Shown in pieces: positions 15,217 through 18,119 of a stretch of 18,119 nt of DNA; within the stretch, counting starts at the first letter, position 1, and each line of letters begins with the position of its first letter. Under the pieces are notes generated by a model. It saw only the letters and a program-made list of their open reading frames with translations, did not search any database and was not told the origin of the DNA. Source of the stretch: Candidatus Iainarchaeum sp. GTDB taxonomy: Archaea > Iainarchaeota > Iainarchaeia > Iainarchaeales > CSSED10-239. The DNA lies in NCBI GenBank assembly GCA_003559395.1, contig PWLL01000029.1, positions 1-18,119 of the forward strand, written 5' to 3'. Both the position numbers and the translations under genes were made by a program.

Positions 15217-16086
15217 ATGATTGAAGAAAATAAAGATTTGATTTTAGAGGATAATAAAAAAATTATTGAAGATTTTAATGATCATTTAAATATTCAAGGA
15301 TATAGTGAAAAAACAATTGAAATTTATAAATTATATTTAACTCTTTTTTCTAAATATGTTAATAAAAATCTTAAACAAATAACTAATAAAGATATTATTG
15401 GTTATTTATCGTACATGAAAAAAGAAAAAAATATAAATAACACGTCTTTGTCTTTAATTTTGTCTTGTATAAAACATTTTTATAAAGAATTTTTAAAAAA
15501 TAATTTAATAATTGATGTTAAACTTCCTAGAAAATCTAAAAAAATACCAACAGTATTAACTACAAAAGAAATAAAAGAACTTATTGAGGCTACAAAAAAA
15601 TTTAGAAATAAATTGATAATTAAGTTTATTTTTTCTACAGGTGTTAGAGTGTCTGAGTGTGTAAATGCAAAAATAAGAGATCTTAATTTTGATGAACTTA
15701 CTGGACGAGTGGTTAGTGGAAAAGGAAATAAAGATCGTTTGATTATATTATCTAAAAATTGGATTGATGATTATAAAAAATATTTAGAAAATAGAAATAA
15801 AAAAATAAATTCAGAGTATTTGTTTTGTAATAACAAAGGAGAACAGTTATCTGTAGATACTATTCAAAAATTCTTAAAAGTATCTGCTCAAGAAGCAAAT
15901 CTTGATAAAAATATAAGTCCGCACACTTTAAGACATTCTTTTGCAACAAGTCTTTTAGAGGATGATATTAATATAAGATATATACAACAATTATTAGGTC
16001 ATTCAAACCTAAATACAACACAAATATATACTAAAGTTAATACTAATAAACTAAAAACTATTAAAAATCCATTAGATAACATGTAA
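15217..16086 (+). CDS. xerA: XerA/XerC-like tyrosine recombinase
   Basis: About 289 aa. The N-terminal SAM-like core-binding domain reads FNDHLNIQGYSEKTIEIYKLYLTLF...IKHFYKEF. Catalytic residues are present: TGVRVSE (Arg), GKGNKDR (Lys), HTLRHSFAT (His-x-x-Arg) and LLGHSNLNTTQIYT (His/Tyr). The track starts at GTG 15214; ATG 15217 is preferred. Confidence 0.85.
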   Translation: MIEENKDLILEDNKKIIEDFNDHLNIQGYSEKTIEIYKLYLTLFSKYVNKNLKQITNKDIIGYLSYMKKEKNINNTSLSLILSCIKHFYKEFLKNNLIIDVKLPRKSKKIPTVLTTKEIKELIEATKKFRNKLIIKFIFSTGVRVSECVNAKIRDLNFDELTGRVVSGKGNKDRLIILSKNWIDDYKKYLENRNKKINSEYLFCNNKGEQLSVDTIQKFLKVSAQEANLDKNISPHTLRHSFATSLLEDDINIRYIQQLLGHSNLNTTQIYTKVNTNKLKTIKNPLDNM

Positions 16087-16274
16087 AAACACAGAGACCC
16101 CACACTTCGTGTATTAAATTGAAAAAAACTAAACTTTGTTTAAAAATAGAAAACAAAGATTTTCTTAAAATAATATTTAGATACAAAAAAGAAAACATTT
16201 ATAAACACTTTGTATGATGTTTTCTATATAATGAAGTAATTTTTATTATATTTATATTTTGGAGGATGAAAAAT

Positions 16275-16631
16275 ATGGCAACAAGATTATCAAAATTGTT
16301 TGGAATGGATATATACGAAACAAACGCAACATATAGAGGAAAAGTTTATGATTTAGTAGTTAATTTAGAACAAGGAATAATAGAAACAATAACTACACAA
16401 CCACTAAAAGTAAACTCAAAACAAGAAGCTAAAAAAATAATAACAGAACATAGTATACCTTATAAAAAAGTAATATCTGCAGATGATATTATTCTTATAA
16501 ATTCAGGAAACGTACCAGTACAAAATAAAATTCCTAAACAAGAAGAAATGATGAATGAAACAAATGATACAGAATCAAAGATAAGAAAGAAATATATAGG
16601 TTATAAAAGTAAATATTCAAGATCTAGATAA
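16275..16631 (+). CDS. PRC-barrel domain protein
   Basis: LSKLFGMDIYETNATYRGKVYDLVVNLEQGIIETI matches the archaeal PRC-barrel pattern (l-x-G-x-x-V-y...G-x-v-x-D-l-v-v-d...G-x-i). GGAGG (16261-16265) abuts the track ATG at 16266 but lies 9 nt upstream of the in-frame ATG at 16275, so 16275 is taken as the start. Confidence 0.6.
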   Translation: MATRLSKLFGMDIYETNATYRGKVYDLVVNLEQGIIETITTQPLKVNSKQEAKKIITEHSIPYKKVISADDIILINSGNVPVQNKIPKQEEMMNETNDTESKIRKKYIGYKSKYSRSR

Positions 16632-16659
16632 AGATTATATGTTTTATTCTTTTTTTTAT

Positions 16660-16679
16660 TATATATATATATATATATA
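16660..16679. repeat. (TA)10 dinucleotide microsatellite
   Basis: A tatatatatatatatatata run is read directly from the sequence, in the intergenic region after a T8 tract that follows the PRC-barrel stop codon. Confidence 0.9.
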
Positions 16680-16750
16680 AATATATTTATATTATTAATT
16701 ATACATAACTACTTTTATAATTATATAAAAATTAATACAAGAAGTACGGG

Positions 16751-17362
16751 GTGTGTGAGATTTTGGAAAAACTATTATGTAAATATATTACGTATAAATT
16801 TATTTTTAATAATAATATAAATAAGTCATCTTATACTTATCAAAAACTATTTAGATCAATTTATGGTTATAATCAATCAATTTATAAAAGAAATTCTAAA
16901 AAATATATATATTTTAGAGAAGGTGTTATTTCTTCTATTCCTTATATAAAATCTGGTAAAAATTCTGTTATTTTACCTATAGATTATGAACATAAACTAA
17001 TAGATTATTTTAATACCGGTAATAACCCAGCACATAAGTGGAAAATAAAAGGTGATTGGGATGTTAGTTATGCTATTAATGATATTCATATAGATTTATT
17101 TAATATATCTGTAGCTATGGAAAAATTTATTAGAAATTATAAAATTTTTTCTAATGATTTTAAAAGTTATAATTATATAGAATTTGAATTGAAAAAATTT
17201 TTTGAAAGTAATTTAAATAATTACCAATATAAAGAATATTTAATATCTAATTTAAAATATTTATTTGATTTTGAATGGATTTATAAATCTATAAATTATT
17301 CTGAACATATAAAAAACATTTATAATAAATATTTATTATTAAAAGAAAATTCTTCTGAATAA
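16751..17362 (+). CDS. hypothetical Tyr/Asn/Lys/Ile-rich protein (ORFan)
   Basis: 203-aa ORF with no ATG start. The candidates are GTG 16751 or in-frame TTG 16763, preceded by GGGGTG at 16748-16753. It is extremely AT-rich, and no family was recognised. It remains open for about 200 codons in stop-rich sequence, which argues for real coding. Confidence 0.45.
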   Translation: MCEILEKLLCKYITYKFIFNNNINKSSYTYQKLFRSIYGYNQSIYKRNSKKYIYFREGVISSIPYIKSGKNSVILPIDYEHKLIDYFNTGNNPAHKWKIKGDWDVSYAINDIHIDLFNISVAMEKFIRNYKIFSNDFKSYNYIEFELKKFFESNLNNYQYKEYLISNLKYLFDFEWIYKSINYSEHIKNIYNKYLLLKENSSE

Positions 17363-17363
17363 T

Positions 17364-17996
17364 TTATTCTATAATGATTATTTTTTTCTTCCAAGATCTT
17401 TTTTTCCCTGTATTATTTACTTTTATTAAATTTATGTCTGTTAGTGTTTTTAAGTATGGGTACAGACTTTTTTCGTTTTTATATTCTATGTTGTATTCTA
17501 ATTTTATTCTTTGTTTTATTTCGTTCATATCAACCCATTGATCTGAAGGAATTACTTTAATAAGATGTTCTGCTTGTGTGTTTTCTTTTATTTTTAGGAT
17601 ATCCCAAATTGTATTTATTTCGTTTTCTAGTTTTATTACGTTATGTATTTTTGGTTTTTCGTGTTCGTATTGGTTAATCATTTTTTCTTTATTTTGTTGT
17701 TCTAATAATTGACCATTGCTAGTTAAATTTGTTATTTCTTCTGCATAGTTTTTTTCATTTTTTTGTTCGTTATTTATTATATTGTCTTTATTATTTTCTT
17801 TGTTTATTTGTTCATTATTTACTGTGTTGTTTTGATCATTTTCTAGATTTGTTTTTTTTTGAGTTTCAATATTTTGTGTTTTTGTTATGTTATTTTGTGT
17901 TTCTGGTTTTTTTTCTTCTGTTTCATTAATTGTGTATTTTTGCAATTTTTTAACTATATAAGTTATACTTTTTTTAAATATACTTGTCATAAACAT
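17364..17996 (-). CDS. hypothetical protein: N/Q/E/K low-complexity N-terminal half, winged-helix-like C-terminal domain
   Basis: 210 aa. Residues about 20-100 are low complexity (TQNNITKTQNIETQKKTNLENDQNNTVNNEQINKENN...). The C-terminus TIWDILK...DQWVDMNEIKQRI...SLYPYLKTLTDINLIKVNNTGKKRSWKK has a helix-helix-hairpin pattern reminiscent of wHTH regulators. The fold call is inference only. Confidence 0.45.
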   Translation of the reverse strand: MFMTSIFKKSITYIVKKLQKYTINETEEKKPETQNNITKTQNIETQKKTNLENDQNNTVNNEQINKENNKDNIINNEQKNEKNYAEEITNLTSNGQLLEQQNKEKMINQYEHEKPKIHNVIKLENEINTIWDILKIKENTQAEHLIKVIPSDQWVDMNEIKQRIKLEYNIEYKNEKSLYPYLKTLTDINLIKVNNTGKKRSWKKKIIIIE

Positions 17997-18018
17997 CTTT
18001 TTTTTATTATATAAATAT

Positions 18019-18092
18019 TGTAATTACCATAGTTATTTTAAATAGAATGGTAATTATTGTAGTTATTTTATTGTTTTTGTTGTAATTACCAT
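18019..18092. promoter_or_regulatory. three spaced copies of an imperfect GGTAATTACC palindrome (operator or iteron-like array)
   Basis: tGTAATTACC at 18019-18028, GGTAATTAtt at 18049-18058 and tGTAATTACC at 18081-18090. The exact 13-mer ttgtaattaccat occurs at 18018-18030 and 18080-18092. The 21-mers gtaattaccatagttatttta (18020-18040) and gtaattattgtagttatttta (18050-18070) match at 18 of 21 positions. Spacing is about 30 and 33 bp. The array lies 23-96 nt upstream of the start of the minus-strand gene ending at 17996. Confidence 0.5.
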
Positions 18093-18119
18093 AAAAACGA
18101 AGCGCACGCGTTATGTATA

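Noticed and set aside
16090-16112. Locally GC-rich cacagagaccccacacttcgtgt right after the xerA stop, considered as a tRNA fragment, att site or terminator hairpin
   Set aside because: It has only a 4-bp stem (acac/gtgt), no tRNA-like arms and no second copy in the window. It cannot be supported.
16225-16252. dif-like dyad (tatataat ... attatat) near xerA
   Set aside because: The arms are separated by 12 nt rather than about 6. They are pure AT and expected by chance in this composition.
16211-16262. Possible box C/D sRNA (ATGATGT and AATGAAG elements) upstream of the PRC-barrel gene
   Set aside because: No CTGA box D or D' was found, and there is no terminal stem. It is more simply promoter and 5' leader sequence.
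17729-17929. 66-aa plus-strand ORF
   Set aside because: It is antisense to the low-complexity N/Q/K region of 17364..17996. It is Phe/Leu/Cys-rich shadow.
18019-18092. CRISPR array
   Set aside because: There are only three short (10-21 bp) imperfect copies with 10-20 bp AT-rich spacing, and no cas genes. The dyad symmetry fits protein-binding sites, not CRISPR repeats.

Overview
Very AT-rich archaeal chromosomal segment. It carries archaeal-type EF-1alpha followed by uS10, plus RtcB, endonuclease Q, Cdc48/VAT and a XerA-like recombinase. Strong GGAGG/GGTGA ribosome-binding sites are used. A small-genome DPANN-like archaeon is my inference only. Gene order: YgjP/DUF45 hydrolase and a hypothetical (-); a BofA-like membrane protein, a Cys-rich signal-peptide ORF and endonuclease Q (+); tuf-rps10-rtcB-HAD (-); cdc48 (+); a minus-strand anaerobic ribonucleotide reductase cluster (9627-15048); then xerA, a PRC-barrel protein and two very AT-rich ORFans, ending in a palindrome array at the window edge. 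The nrd cluster is the most interesting part. (1) nrdD stops just before its glycyl-radical domain, and that domain is encoded by a separate 45-aa ORF with its own SD that the ORF track missed. (2) Downstream of nrdG is a 646-aa protein that is collinear by eye with class II RNR but lacks the catalytic Asn/Cys/Glu loop and other motifs. I read it as a maintained pseudoenzyme. (3) The upstream tspO is full length except for one in-frame TAA. No rRNA, tRNA or CRISPR array was seen. All family assignments are by-eye motif recognition from memory, with no searches run.
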